A stretch of 64,000 nucleotides of DNA, taken from Anaerolineae bacterium. GTDB taxonomy: Bacteria; Chloroflexota; Anaerolineae; JAAEKA01. This document shows, piece after piece, positions 34,749-47,368 of the stretch. Both the position numbers and the translations under genes were made by a program. The stretch's first letter is position 1; each line of letters begins with the position of its first letter. A model generated the notes under the pieces. It had not been told where the DNA came from. It did no database searches and saw nothing but the letters and a program-made list of their open reading frames with translations. The stretch lies in the NCBI GenBank assembly GCA_049294015.1, contig JBAQCH010000024.1, positions 62,226-126,225 on the forward strand, written 5' to 3'.

Positions 34749-35654
34749 ATGGCAGATCGTATCGGCTTTATCGGATTGGGTATCATGGGCGCCGGCATGG
34801 CAGCAAACGTGCTGCGCGCCGGCTTCCCCCTGACGGTTTGGAATCGGACGCGCCCGAAAACGGAGCCGCTGGCCGCTGCTGGCGCATCAATCGCCGCCAC
34901 GCCCGCCGACCTGGCCGCAGGGAGCGACATCATCATCACCTGCGTCAGCGACACGCCCGATGTGGAGGCTGTGATTCTAGGTCCGCAAGGCGTGATCCAT
35001 GGCATACGTCCTGGCAGCCTGGTGATCGACATGAGCACCATCAGCCCGGCCGTAACCCGCCACATCGCCAGCGCATTGGCTGAGAGAGGCGTGGCCATGC
35101 TGGACGCCCCGGTCAGCGGGGGCAGCGAGGGCGCAGCGCGCGGCACGCTGAGCATCATGGTGGGCGGCGAGTCGGCGGCGCTGCAGCGGGCCATGCCGGT
35201 GCTGCAAGCCATGGGCCAACGCATCACCCACGTTGGGTCGCACGGCGCCGGCCAAACGGTCAAGCTGGTCAACCAGGTGATGGTGGTCGGCAACTGTCTG
35301 GCCATGGCTGAGGGCCTGCTGCTGGCTCAGGCCGGCGGTGTAGACTTGCAGAAGGCGCAGGAAGCCGTCAGCGGCGGCGCGGCCGGCAGTTGGATGCTCA
35401 GCAACCGCGGGCCGCAGATCCTGGCGCGCGACTGGCGGCCCGGCTTCACCATCGCCTTGCAGCAGAAGGATCTGCGCCTGGTGCTGGAGGCGGCCGACCA
35501 GCAGGGCGTGCCCCTGCCCGGCACCGCGCTGATCTTCCAGCTTTACCGCACGCTGGAGGCCAAGGGGCTGAGCGGCGACGGCAATCACGCGCTGGTCAAG
35601 GCGTTGGAAGCCCTGGCCGGCTTTGAAATCGAGAGCACACAAGCAACCGCATGA
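34749..35654 (+). CDS. NAD(P)-dependent 3-hydroxyisobutyrate/2-hydroxy-3-oxopropionate reductase family (HIBADH-like)
   Basis: MADRIGFIGLGIMGAGMAANVLRAGFPLTVWNRT Rossmann N-terminus; start refined within the longer ORF. Confidence 0.8.
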   Translation: MADRIGFIGLGIMGAGMAANVLRAGFPLTVWNRTRPKTEPLAAAGASIAATPADLAAGSDIIITCVSDTPDVEAVILGPQGVIHGIRPGSLVIDMSTISPAVTRHIASALAERGVAMLDAPVSGGSEGAARGTLSIMVGGESAALQRAMPVLQAMGQRITHVGSHGAGQTVKLVNQVMVVGNCLAMAEGLLLAQAGGVDLQKAQEAVSGGAAGSWMLSNRGPQILARDWRPGFTIALQQKDLRLVLEAADQQGVPLPGTALIFQLYRTLEAKGLSGDGNHALVKALEALAGFEIESTQATA

Positions 35655-36166
35655 ATCAGGCAAGCAACAGCTACGCGTTCTACCCGGCCGGTGGGCCGGC
35701 CCCCAATTTTTCGCTCACCACCATCAAGTCAGGCCGCCAGATCAGCCCTGCCAGCTGCCAGGGCGCTGTGCTGGGACTGGTCTTCCATGGCCGCGAGACC
35801 GTGCAGGCTATGGTCGAGATCAACACAGCGGTGCGGCCGATCTATCCTGATCCTAAGCCGGTGGTGCTGGTCAGCGTGCTCGATCTGAGCATCGTGCCCC
35901 GTTTGTTGCACGGCGCTGTCAAGCCGATGCTGGAACAGGCCTACGACCAGGCAGCGCGTGAGATTCCCAAGGGCTACGACCCGGCCGACTACGTCTTTCT
36001 ATTGCCCGACTGGAACGGCGCGGTAACCAAGGCATTTAAGGCCAAGGACACGGGCAAGATGGCGGCGGTGGTGGTCATCGACCCACAAGGCCAGGTGGTG
36101 GGCAGCTACCAGGGCCCTCAGCCCGGCCCGGCCACGCTCAGCCTGATCCAGCAGGCCCTGGCCTGA
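35651..36166 (+). CDS. Hypothetical protein (171 aa), possibly thioredoxin-like fold
   Basis: ORF translationally coupled to the upstream gene; no diagnostic motif recognised. Confidence 0.45.
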   Translation: MNQASNSYAFYPAGGPAPNFSLTTIKSGRQISPASCQGAVLGLVFHGRETVQAMVEINTAVRPIYPDPKPVVLVSVLDLSIVPRLLHGAVKPMLEQAYDQAAREIPKGYDPADYVFLLPDWNGAVTKAFKAKDTGKMAAVVVIDPQGQVVGSYQGPQPGPATLSLIQQALA

Positions 36167-36266
36167 TTTTGCGTCAACCATGATTTGAGGAGTTCGCATG
36201 CCTACATGCGAACCCGGCGTCTGGGGACGCCTACTCCTCAAATCATCGTTGACGCGACATTGGACC

Positions 36267-36752
36267 CTAGCTCTCGGCAATGGTGACCGAGGTCATCACA
36301 TCGCCTTGGCGGATGGCGTTGACCACGTTCATGCCGCTGGTCACTTTGCCAAAGACGGTGTGCTTGCCGTTCAGGTGCGGCTGCGGCGAATGCGTGATGA
36401 AGAACTGGCTGCCGTTGGTATTGGGGCCGGCGTTGGCCATCGAGATCACGCCCGTCTCATGCTTGAGGGGATTGTTGCGCACCTCGTCTTCGAAGCGGTA
36501 GCCGGGGCCGCCGCTGCCGGTGCCGGTGGGGTCGCCGCCCTGGATCATGAAGTCGCGGATCACCCGGTGGAAGGTGACGCCGTCGTAGAAGCCCTCGCCG
36601 GCCAGGAAGACGAAGTTGTTGACCGTTTTGGGCGCCTGCTGCGCATCCAGCGCGAGCACGATATCGCCCCGGTTGGTGGCGATGGTGGCGGTATACTGCT
36701 TCTTGGGGTCGATCTGCATCTCAGGAGGCGAGGTGTATTGTTTGCTGGTCAT
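36267..36752 (-). CDS. Cyclophilin-type peptidyl-prolyl cis-trans isomerase
   Basis: ..[25 protein letters not shown]...[24 protein letters not shown]. Confidence 0.9.
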   Translation of the reverse strand: MTSKQYTSPPEMQIDPKKQYTATIATNRGDIVLALDAQQAPKTVNNFVFLAGEGFYDGVTFHRVIRDFMIQGGDPTGTGSGGPGYRFEDEVRNNPLKHETGVISMANAGPNTNGSQFFITHSPQPHLNGKHTVFGKVTSGMNVVNAIRQGDVMTSVTIAES

Positions 36753-36792
36753 GGTGATGTCCTTTCGTTGGTCGATGGGATGGTTCGGTACA

Positions 36793-36880
36793 GTGTAACA
36801 CGTAACACGTAACCCGTAACCCGGAGAGTCTGCGCATGGCGCACATTCCGGGTTACAGGGTTACGCATTACGAGTTACAG
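36793..36880 (+). repeat. GTAAC-type palindromic element (gtaacacgtaacacgtaacccgtaacccgg ... ccgggttacagggttacgcattacgagttac)
   Basis: Intergenic between the PPIase and carboxypeptidase genes. Confidence 0.55.
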
Positions 36881-38386
36881 CCCGTACAGCTCGCCATACT
36901 TGCCCTTCAGATAGGCGATGTAGGGATCGATGGTCAGCGGCGCGCCGGTCACCTGCTCCACCAGCAGCGGCGCAGTGAACTTGCTGCCGTGCTGGTAGAT
37001 GCGCTCGCGTAGCCAGCCGCGCAGGGTGTCGAACTGGCCCTGGGCGATCTGCTCGCCGATCTCTGGATGGGCCGCGTTGGCAGCCTGCCAGAAGGCCGCG
37101 CTCAGGATATTGCCCAGCGTATAGCCCTGGAAGCCGCCGCCGATCTGACTATAGTACCAGTGCATGTCCTGCAAGACGCCATCCCGGTCGTCGGGCACGT
37201 CTACGCCGAGGGCCTCGCGGTAGCTGGCGCGCCAAGCTTCGGGCAAGTCCTTGACGGCCAGTGTGCCCTCCAACAGGGCTAACTCCAGATCGAAGCGGAT
37301 GATGACGTGCAGGTTATAGGTCACCTCGTCGGCGTCGACGCGGACGAGGCTGGGCCGCACCTTGTTGATGGCGCGATAGAAGGCGTCGAGCGGTATTTCG
37401 CCCAACTGCTGCGGGAAGATGGCCTGAAGCTGCGGGTAGTAGTAGCTCCAGAAGGGCCGGCTGCGGCCGACCAGGTTCTCCCACAGCCGCGACTGGCTTT
37501 CATGCACACCGGCCGATGTCCCGCCGCCCAGCGGCGTGCCGCCGAAGGCTGGATTGATACCCTGCTCGTACATGGCATGGCCCGACTCGTGCATGGTCGA
37601 GAAGAGGCCGTCGCCCAGGTCGTCCTCGCGGAAGCGGGTGGTGATGCGCACGTCGCCCGGCCCGAACTTGATCATGAACGGGTGGTGGGTCTTGTCTTGC
37701 CGGCCGCGCTGGAAGTCGTAGCCGAAGCGCTTGACCACATCGACGCCGAAGTCCCACTGCTGTTGCTCAGGATAGTGGCGATAGAGGAACGAGTCGTCGG
37801 GCGCCGGCTGCGCCTGGATCGCCTCCACCAGCGGCGTGAGTTGTTCCCGCAGCGCGGCAAACAGCGGCCGCAGCATGGCCACGGTCATACCGTAGTCGGC
37901 TTCGTTGATCAGCGGGTCAGCGATGTGCCCGCCGGCCGGCCAGCCGAAATACTCAGCTGCGCGGCGGCTGAGCTCCAGCGTCTTTTCCAGCAGCGGCTGC
38001 ATGGCGGCGAAGTCATTCGCCGGTCGCGCCACGGTCCACGCCTGGTAGGAGCGCGCCGCGTGGCTCGACAGTTCAGCTACGAACGCGGGCGGCAGCTTGG
38101 TCGCCCGCTCGTATTCGCGGCGGGTGACGCGAACGAGGCTGGCTTCGTCGTTGTCGTAGGGCAGCGTTTCCTGGTAGGGCTGCAAGTCCTCCAGCAGCTG
38201 GCCCAGCGCGGGAGAGGTGAACTTTTCCTGAGCCAGCCGGCTGAGCGTGGCCAGTTGCTGGCCGCGCGTCTCGGCCCCGCCCGGCGGCATGTAGGTCGCC
38301 TGGTCCCAGTACAACAGCGCCGCGGCCCCATGCAGGTCATACACCTCCTGCAGTCGCGTCTTTAACTCGGTGAGTCTCTCTTGCAT
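36875..38386 (-). CDS. M32 family (Taq-like) metallocarboxypeptidase
   Basis: HESGHAMYEQG zinc motif; approximately 500 aa; start refined to MQERLTEL. Confidence 0.85.
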   Translation of the reverse strand: MQERLTELKTRLQEVYDLHGAAALLYWDQATYMPPGGAETRGQQLATLSRLAQEKFTSPALGQLLEDLQPYQETLPYDNDEASLVRVTRREYERATKLPPAFVAELSSHAARSYQAWTVARPANDFAAMQPLLEKTLELSRRAAEYFGWPAGGHIADPLINEADYGMTVAMLRPLFAALREQLTPLVEAIQAQPAPDDSFLYRHYPEQQQWDFGVDVVKRFGYDFQRGRQDKTHHPFMIKFGPGDVRITTRFREDDLGDGLFSTMHESGHAMYEQGINPAFGGTPLGGGTSAGVHESQSRLWENLVGRSRPFWSYYYPQLQAIFPQQLGEIPLDAFYRAINKVRPSLVRVDADEVTYNLHVIIRFDLELALLEGTLAVKDLPEAWRASYREALGVDVPDDRDGVLQDMHWYYSQIGGGFQGYTLGNILSAAFWQAANAAHPEIGEQIAQGQFDTLRGWLRERIYQHGSKFTAPLLVEQVTGAPLTIDPYIAYLKGKYGELYGL

Positions 38387-38394
38387 GCGTAGTC

Positions 38395-38528
38395 TCCTCA
38401 GGGTTGAGGTAGACAGGTAAACAAGCAGACAAGAAGACAAGGCCGGAACCTGTCCACCTCACCAATCTACCAATCTACCAATCTACCAATTACTTGTCTA
38501 CCAATCTACCAATTACTTGCCTACCTGT
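38395..38528 (+). repeat. Composite palindromic heptamer-repeat element (GTAGACA and CCAATCTACC units)
   Basis: gaggtagacaggtaaacaagcagacaagaagacaagg ... ccaatctaccaatctaccaatctaccaattacttgtctacc ... cctacctgtctacttgtctacttgtctacc. Confidence 0.55.
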
Positions 38529-39221
38529 CTACTTGTCTACTTGTCTACCTGCCTTCACCGTCCGCCGCGTCTGCCGCACAATGCGCACCCAGTTGCGCAT
38601 GTGCGTCCAGGGGTCGATGTGGCTGCCCTGGTCGCCGTAGATGGTGCGGATGGGCACCCCGTCCAGCACGTAGCCGCGCTGCACGCAGGTGACGATCATC
38701 TCGACCTCGAACTCGAAGCCGTGCTCCTGGCTGTCCAGCACGGCCTCGGCCATGCGCCGGCTGAGCAGCCGATAGCCCGACTGGTTGTCCTCGACCCGCT
38801 GGCCCAGCGCCCAGGAGAAGCTCCAGCGGCCCAGGGTGTTGGCCGCGCGGCGGCTCAGCGGCATCTGGCTGAAGTCGCGGCAACCGATCAGCAGGTCGGC
38901 GTGGGTTACAGCCTGCCGCGCCAGAAAGGCCGGAATCTCGGCCGGGTCGTGCTGGCCGTCGGCATCCAGCGTCAGCACAGAGTCATGGCCGTGGGCCAGC
39001 GCCCAACGCAGGCCGGCCCGCAGCGCCGCGCCCTTGCCCTGGTTGGGAATCTGGCGCAGCACCGTCGCGCCGGCAGCCTCGGCCAGCGCGGCCGTGTCGT
39101 CGCGCGAGCCGTCGTCCACCACCAGCGCTGGCAAGTGCTTGAGCGTGGCCGCGATCACCGGCGCGATGCGCTGCGCCTCGTTGTAGGCGGGGATCAGCGC
39201 CAACGGGTTGCAGTGCTCCAT
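38529..39221 (-). CDS. Family 2 glycosyltransferase (dolichol-phosphate mannosyltransferase-like)
   Basis: ..LIPAYNEAQRI...VVDDGSRDDT...LDADGQHDP.. Confidence 0.8.
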   Translation of the reverse strand: MEHCNPLALIPAYNEAQRIAPVIAATLKHLPALVVDDGSRDDTAALAEAAGATVLRQIPNQGKGAALRAGLRWALAHGHDSVLTLDADGQHDPAEIPAFLARQAVTHADLLIGCRDFSQMPLSRRAANTLGRWSFSWALGQRVEDNQSGYRLLSRRMAEAVLDSQEHGFEFEVEMIVTCVQRGYVLDGVPIRTIYGDQGSHIDPWTHMRNWVRIVRQTRRTVKAGRQVDK

Positions 39222-39224
39222 CGC

Positions 39225-39599
39225 TCAGCGCTTGGCCTTGGCGGGCGCTTTGATCTTCTGTAGGCCGTAGACATGCGACAGTGGCATGGCGCAGAACACC
39301 CCGGTATGCGGCTGGGAGAAATCGCCGGCTACCCGCTGCGCCGCCTGCGCCAGGGCTTCGACCTGGGCCTCACCCTCTACCACCGACAGGAAGGTGCGAT
39401 GGTGCTCTTCGCCGCCGCGCAGCAGGTCGCGCAGGGCGGGCATCAGGGGCATGTCATCGCGCAGCGACGCCCGCCGCACGCGGCCGATGCCGCTGCTTTC
39501 CAGGATCGTGATGCCTCTCGCGCCGGCCGTTTCCCAAGCGTCAAGCAATGCATCGCTCAAGTCGGGATCGTCGAGAACCAGCAAAACCAGGTAGGACAT
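39225..39599 (-). CDS. Small P-II-like (GlnB-fold) protein of unknown function, co-transcribed with a cation:proton antiporter
   Basis: 124 aa; MSYLVLLVLDDPDLSDALLDAWETAGARGITIL..; family assignment is weak. Confidence 0.4.
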   Translation of the reverse strand: MSYLVLLVLDDPDLSDALLDAWETAGARGITILESSGIGRVRRASLRDDMPLMPALRDLLRGGEEHHRTFLSVVEGEAQVEALAQAAQRVAGDFSQPHTGVFCAMPLSHVYGLQKIKAPAKAKR

Positions 39600-39602
39600 G
39601 GC

Positions 39603-42346
<2,744 letters not shown>

Positions 42347-42350
<4 letters not shown>

Positions 42351-42589
42351 GCGGGTACTAATTCCAGCGCATGGACACCCTCTTCTGCTAGCCAGGCAGC
42401 ATACTGCAATGCCTGGCTAATATCCTGTGGCTCCAAGTAAGGGTAATCCTCGATGATTTGCTGTACTGTCATCCCACTGGCAACAAGGTTGACGATCAGC
42501 GAGACCGTAATGCGCATACCGCGGATACATGCCCTGCCACCCATCACCTGCGGATCGAATGTGATTCTGTTGAATCCAAACATGCTCAA
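42347..42589 (-). CDS. DUF433-domain protein (putative antitoxin-like)
   Basis: ..GGRACIRGMRITVSLIV...QIIEDYPYLEPQDI.. DUF433 signature. Confidence 0.65.
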
Positions 42590-42742
42590 CTCCTGTCTTT
42601 CACCCGGAACTTCAAGTCGGTTGCTAGCTAGACTGCGCTAATCGGGTAGCACACATTGTAACACAGTTCTCCAAATGCACCATCTGGAAGGTTCGCGCTC
42701 GCCAGGCGGGTCTCCGAACCGAGCCAACCTAAGATTCGATTG

Positions 42743-43234
42743 CTAAACGCTTCCTAACAGCCACTGCGCCAACGAACGAATTTCGATGGTCATACCATCC
42801 TGTTGGATTGGCTCGGCATTGACCTCGGTCAGAATCAGCCCGCGTTCGAGTCCCAAAGCGCTCATGCCATCGCGTAGTACGCGTATTTTCCGCTCTCGAA
42901 CGCCGCTTTGATCAAGGTTCTGAGCAACCTGGACCAGCATGCGCTGCTCAGGCAGGTAGAAATCGACTTCGAAGCCACCAGGCGTTGTGTAATAGAAGAT
43001 CTCTTGCGTTTGGCGCCGCAACGCCAGGAAGATCACGTTTTAGAGTAAGCGCCCGCTGTTGGGCGAGAACGCGTGGGGCAGGGGCGCTGCGCGCGTTAGC
43101 TGCGCCAACTGATCGCGTGGAATGCCCGTGTCACGCTCCCAGAATCCCTGGGCCTGCTCCAGCAGCATGGCGCGAATCTGGTCTCTCGACCATCTGTTTC
43201 GCCAATAGTTTTCATTCATAATGAAATGATACAC
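42743..43234 (-). pseudogene. Truncated AAA+ ATPase of the DUF4143 family (N- and C-terminal fragments in the same frame, separated by a stop; ATPase core missing)
   Basis: The C-terminal fragment ..EIFYYTTPGGFEVDFYL.. matches the DUF4143 C-terminal motif; the total length of about 160 aa compares with roughly 400 aa expected. Confidence 0.45.
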
Positions 43235-43274
43235 CTAAATGATTTCATTGACAATGAAATCATTTAGGTGTATC
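43228..43274 (+). repeat. 47-bp perfect AT-rich palindrome (23-bp arms gatacacctaaatgatttcattg / caatgaaatcatttaggtgtatc, 1-nt centre)
   Basis: Read directly from the sequence; overlaps the stop of the permease gene and the start of the truncated ATPase. Confidence 0.8.
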
Positions 43275-45485
43275 GTCCTCAAGCGCATACAACGTGCTCC
43301 CGCTGACCACGTACAGCCGTCCGTCAGCCAGCGCGCCGCCTACCAGCGCGCCGCCTGGCTCGATGGCCAGTGTCCAGGTCGCCGAGGGCCGGTCCACCAG
43401 GTAGCCGCTGCACTCCAGGATGCCGCCGCGCTGTGTCCGGCCGTTGCTGCCGCAGGCGTAGACCGTGCCATCCCTGCCCAGCGCCACCAGCCGGCCGGTT
43501 CCGCCCGACCAGGGATAGTCCACCACATTCAGCGTGCTGCCGTCTGCCTCCGCCCACAGCAACTTGGCGAAATCAAAAGGGCTGCCGTAGAACACCCAGT
43601 AGCGGCCGCCGGGGGCGACGCCGGCCGCGGCCGGGACGCGCTGGCCCAGCGCCAGGTTCAACAGATCGATCTGCCCTTGCGGCTGAAGCTGCACCGCCTC
43701 GCCGTCGATGACGGCCGCTGCGAAGTTGTCCTGCCCGGCCAGATAGAGCTTTCCATCGGCGCCCACCAGGTAACGATCCAGGATGGCGTCGCTGGACTTG
43801 ATCAGGGTCCGGCCCGTAGCAGCATCCAGCACGATGTCCTCGAATAAGACGTAGCGGCCGTCGGGCGAAAGCAGCGGCTGCGGCGAGACGTAGCTGTAGG
43901 TCGGCAGGTTGACCCGCCAGGCCAGCTCGCCAGTGGGCCGCACCGCTACGAGGCTGCGCTCGGTGGCGAAATAGGCCACGCCGTTGGCGTCCACCACCGG
44001 GCTGGACAACGGCGCGGCGCCGGGATCAGCCCGCACCGCCCCGACCAGATTGGCCTCCGAATCCAGCACATAGAGCACCCCCTCGTCGTCCAGGACATAG
44101 ATGTAGCCCTCGGCGCTCAAGGCTGGCGCGCCAAACGGCTGGCCGGGCAACCTGGCCTTCCATAGCGCCGTTCCATCCGGGTTGACGGCGACCAAACGGC
44201 CATCCTTGGCCGTGACGTAGAGCGTGCCGTCGGCCGCGACCGCTGGTCCGCCGGCCCAGCCGCTCGCGTCCGCCAGTGTCCAGGCGACTTGCGGCTGGCG
44301 CGGCCCCTGGGTGTTGGCCCAGTAGGCGCCTTGGGCGTCATGGCGCGCAGCCGCCCACAGATGCCCGCCGGGCGTCGTGATGGCCGAGGCGGCTGACGGG
44401 ATGGCTGTGGCGCGCAGCAGGGCCGCCGTACTGCCGGCCAGCAGCAGCAAGAGCGCGCCCACACCCAGCGCCGTCGTCAAGCCGCCCCGTCCCATCGCCA
44501 GCCGCTCCAGCGCCATCTCGTTGAAGGCGCTGCTGGCGCGCTCGACGGTTGCGCCCAGCCGGCCTTGACGCCGCCGCGCGCGCGTCGGGTCAGCCTGGCG
44601 GCGCAGCCCCTCGCCTAGCACGTTGAAGGTTAGGACCAGCAGAAATACCACCGCGCCGGTCGTCAGCAGCAGCCAGGGGTGGCGCTGGGCGATGGCCGCG
44701 CCGCTGGCCAGCATCTGGCCCAACTCTGGCTGGCCTGCGGTGCGCACGGCCGTCCAGTCCCCCAATGGAATCCAGATAGCGTTGACGAAGTAGCCCAGAA
44801 AGCCCAGCCCGGCCGTCACCAGCAGCGCGGTGCTGATCTCCAGCGGCAGCAGAATCCATACCACCGGCAGCACGTGCGGCAGCACGTGCTTCACCACCGC
44901 GCCCGCGCCGGTGGCGCCCAGCGCATGCGCAGCCTCGATGTAGGGCTGGGTCTTGATCAGGCTGGTCCGGTCGTGCAGCACGCGCGCAGCCTCGGCCCAG
45001 CCGGTGAGGCATAGTCCCAGGACGAAAGCCCACACGCCCCACTGCGGACCAAAGGCGGCCACCAGACAGAGCGCCACCAGGAGCACCGGAATGGAGACGG
45101 CGATGGCGGTGATTCCTTCCAGCAGCCGGCTGACGCGGCCGGCGCCCCAGCCCGACGCTACGCCGATCGACAGGCCTAGCAGCAGCCGCACGGCCGCGGC
45201 CACCAGCACCAGGATCAGCGTGGGACGCAGGGCCCACAGGATCTGGCTGAGGGTGTCCCGTCCCAAAGGGTCCGCGCCCAGGGGATAGCCGGGCATCTGC
45301 CCCGGCCGGAAGGGCGGCTTGACGAAGGCCAGGGTTTCCGGGTGCTGGACGATGTAGACCGGCTTGACCGGGTCGTGCGGGGCGAACTGTGGGCCCAGCC
45401 AGGCCAGCAGGGTGATGAGCAGCAGCAGGGCCAGCCCAATCCACAGCGGCCAGTTGACCGGCGCTTTCCAGGCGCGCTCAGCCAT
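43260..45485 (-). CDS. ABC transporter permease (DppC/OppC-like) fused to a C-terminal extracytoplasmic PQQ-like beta-propeller domain
   Basis: N-terminal ~310 aa permease with EAA-like loop (..IEAAHALGATGAGAVVKHVLPHV..); then an extra TM and ~430 aa with repeated (D)G.LYV....G.L.A(V/L) beta-propeller blades. Confidence 0.75.
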   Translation of the reverse strand: MAERAWKAPVNWPLWIGLALLLLITLLAWLGPQFAPHDPVKPVYIVQHPETLAFVKPPFRPGQMPGYPLGADPLGRDTLSQILWALRPTLILVLVAAAVRLLLGLSIGVASGWGAGRVSRLLEGITAIAVSIPVLLVALCLVAAFGPQWGVWAFVLGLCLTGWAEAARVLHDRTSLIKTQPYIEAAHALGATGAGAVVKHVLPHVLPVVWILLPLEISTALLVTAGLGFLGYFVNAIWIPLGDWTAVRTAGQPELGQMLASGAAIAQRHPWLLLTTGAVVFLLVLTFNVLGEGLRRQADPTRARRRQGRLGATVERASSAFNEMALERLAMGRGGLTTALGVGALLLLLAGSTAALLRATAIPSAASAITTPGGHLWAAARHDAQGAYWANTQGPRQPQVAWTLADASGWAGGPAVAADGTLYVTAKDGRLVAVNPDGTALWKARLPGQPFGAPALSAEGYIYVLDDEGVLYVLDSEANLVGAVRADPGAAPLSSPVVDANGVAYFATERSLVAVRPTGELAWRVNLPTYSYVSPQPLLSPDGRYVLFEDIVLDAATGRTLIKSSDAILDRYLVGADGKLYLAGQDNFAAAVIDGEAVQLQPQGQIDLLNLALGQRVPAAAGVAPGGRYWVFYGSPFDFAKLLWAEADGSTLNVVDYPWSGGTGRLVALGRDGTVYACGSNGRTQRGGILECSGYLVDRPSATWTLAIEPGGALVGGALADGRLYVVSGSTLYALEDDTPK

Positions 45486-46467
45486 GGTCGCCTGCCTCTA
45501 GCGACATGCGCAGCCGCGGATCGACGGCGTACACTGCCAGCGAGCTGGCTAAGTCGGCTAACAGAAAGACCAGGCCGAAGAGGGTCAGCAGCGCGGCCAC
45601 CAGCTCAGGGTGCAGGAAGGTACGCGCGGCGCCGGTCAGGCCGCCGGCCGAGGCCACAGTGGGCGGCAAGAGCGTGCTGGCCAGCAGCTTGCCCAGCCCC
45701 GGCCAGCCAAACAGCCATTCCACCAGGATCAGCTCGCCCACCAACAGACGCAGCGCTGCTGCCGCCACCAGAATCACCGCCGGTAGAACGTTGCGCAGGG
45801 CATGTTTGCTGCGAATGGTGCGCAGGGGAATGCCCAGACTGCGCGCCGTCACCACGTGCTGCTTGCCCAGCTCGTCCACCAGGACGCCAGCCGTGGTCTG
45901 GGCGATCTGCATGGTCGGGCGGATGGACAGCGCCAGCACCGGCAGCAGCAGGTGCAGGTCGAGGCCGTAGCCGTTCAGCGGCAGCAGGAGACGGGCGTTC
46001 TCGCCCGCGCGCAGATAGAGGGCCAGCACCAGGGCGATGCCCACGGCGCCGATGAAGAAGCTGGGCGAGGCCAGCCCCAGCGAGGCCAGCGGCGGCAGCC
46101 ACGGCCTCAGCCCAGGCGGGTTGGCGCGCACCGCGGCCAGCCCCAACAGCAAGCCCACTGCCAAACTGAGCAGGAAGGCCACACCCGCCAGCGTCAGGCT
46201 GGCGCCGGCCGCCGCGGCGACGACCGTCTGCACCGGTTCGGCGCTGCCGCCCACCAGGGGCATCTGCCCCCAATCGCCGGTCAGCACGTGGCCCAGGTAG
46301 ACGCGGTACAGCGACAGGATCGGCACGGCGGCGTCCACGCCGCTGCCGAAGGGGTTCTGGGCTTGCTGCACGCGCTGCGCCAGCAGCGCGTAGCTGAACG
46401 CGACGAAGTTGATCGCCAACAGCGCGATGGGCAAGAGGAGCAGGCGGCGCACGATGAAGCGAGTCAT
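45478..46467 (-). CDS. ABC transporter permease (DppB/OppB-like)
   Basis: ..MTRFIVRRLLLLPIALLAINFVAF.. N-terminus and six TM segments; start chosen at the internal Met to avoid overlap. Confidence 0.8.
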   Translation of the reverse strand: MTRFIVRRLLLLPIALLAINFVAFSYALLAQRVQQAQNPFGSGVDAAVPILSLYRVYLGHVLTGDWGQMPLVGGSAEPVQTVVAAAAGASLTLAGVAFLLSLAVGLLLGLAAVRANPPGLRPWLPPLASLGLASPSFFIGAVGIALVLALYLRAGENARLLLPLNGYGLDLHLLLPVLALSIRPTMQIAQTTAGVLVDELGKQHVVTARSLGIPLRTIRSKHALRNVLPAVILVAAAALRLLVGELILVEWLFGWPGLGKLLASTLLPPTVASAGGLTGAARTFLHPELVAALLTLFGLVFLLADLASSLAVYAVDPRLRMSLEAGDHG

Positions 46468-46471
46468 AGCA

Positions 46472-47368
46472 TCACGCTCTGCCCAGCGCTGTGACAAACT
46501 CAGCAGGCATGGCTATCGCCGCGCTCGTCTGCATATCGACGCAGCCCCAGCGCGCATGGCTCTGCGCCAGCAGTTCCCCATCGGCCGCCCGCACGACGGT
46601 GGTGTGCCGCACAGCGCCTTCCTCGGTCAACTCTGACAGCCAGGTGGAAATGATCAATTCGTCCCCCGGTAGGGCCGGCTGGCGGTATTCGATGCGCAGT
46701 TGACGGGTGGCCAGGTCCAAGCCTTCGGCCGTCATGCGGCGGGCTGGCCAGCCGCACAGGCGAGCAGCCAGGCGGGCGGCGTCCTCGATGTAGTCGCCGT
46801 AGGACGCGTTGTTGACGTGGCCGACGCTGTCCAGGTCGCGCCATTGCACCGGCCGGCGCAGGGTGACGACACCGCTGGCTGGCGGCAGCGCGGCCGGGAA
46901 GCGTTCGCGCTCCTGCGCCTCGCCTGGCTGGCCAGCAGGGAAGAAGGCGGCGATCACCTCGTCGGGAATCGCGGCCGGCCGGCCTGTGTCCCGGTCGAGA
47001 AAGACCCAGTCGGTGTGGGCCCGGGCCACCAGCCGCTCCTCGCTTGGGCTGTTGTGAGCGTAGCCACTCAGGCCGCTCCCCCACAGCTCGTAGGCGCGTC
47101 GCGAGCGCACGCGGCGAAAGTCGGCCACCCACGTGCGCACGCGCACCTGGTCGCCGTAGCGCAGCGGCGCGATGAAGTCCACGGCGCTCTCGTGGATCAG
47201 CCAGATGCGCCGCATCGCCTGGTAGCGGTCGTCCCAGTAGCCGGCTGCGGCCGAGGCCTCGAACGCGGCCTCCTGCATGTAGCGCAGGTAGCAGGCGTCG
47301 CGCACGATCTGGTTGACGTCGCATTCGTGATAGTTGACGCGTTGGAGCAGTTCTGTGAGGAGGGGCAT
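46472..47368 (-). CDS. Tandem hotdog-fold acyl-CoA thioesterase (4HBT/YbgC-like, two domains)
   Basis: Two repeats of the ..HVNN..Y...E.A.. hotdog motif (CDVNQIVRDACYLRYMQEAAFE and DSVGHVNNASYGDYIEDAAR). Confidence 0.7.
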   Translation of the reverse strand: MPLLTELLQRVNYHECDVNQIVRDACYLRYMQEAAFEASAAAGYWDDRYQAMRRIWLIHESAVDFIAPLRYGDQVRVRTWVADFRRVRSRRAYELWGSGLSGYAHNSPSEERLVARAHTDWVFLDRDTGRPAAIPDEVIAAFFPAGQPGEAQERERFPAALPPASGVVTLRRPVQWRDLDSVGHVNNASYGDYIEDAARLAARLCGWPARRMTAEGLDLATRQLRIEYRQPALPGDELIISTWLSELTEEGAVRHTTVVRAADGELLAQSHARWGCVDMQTSAAIAMPAEFVTALGRA

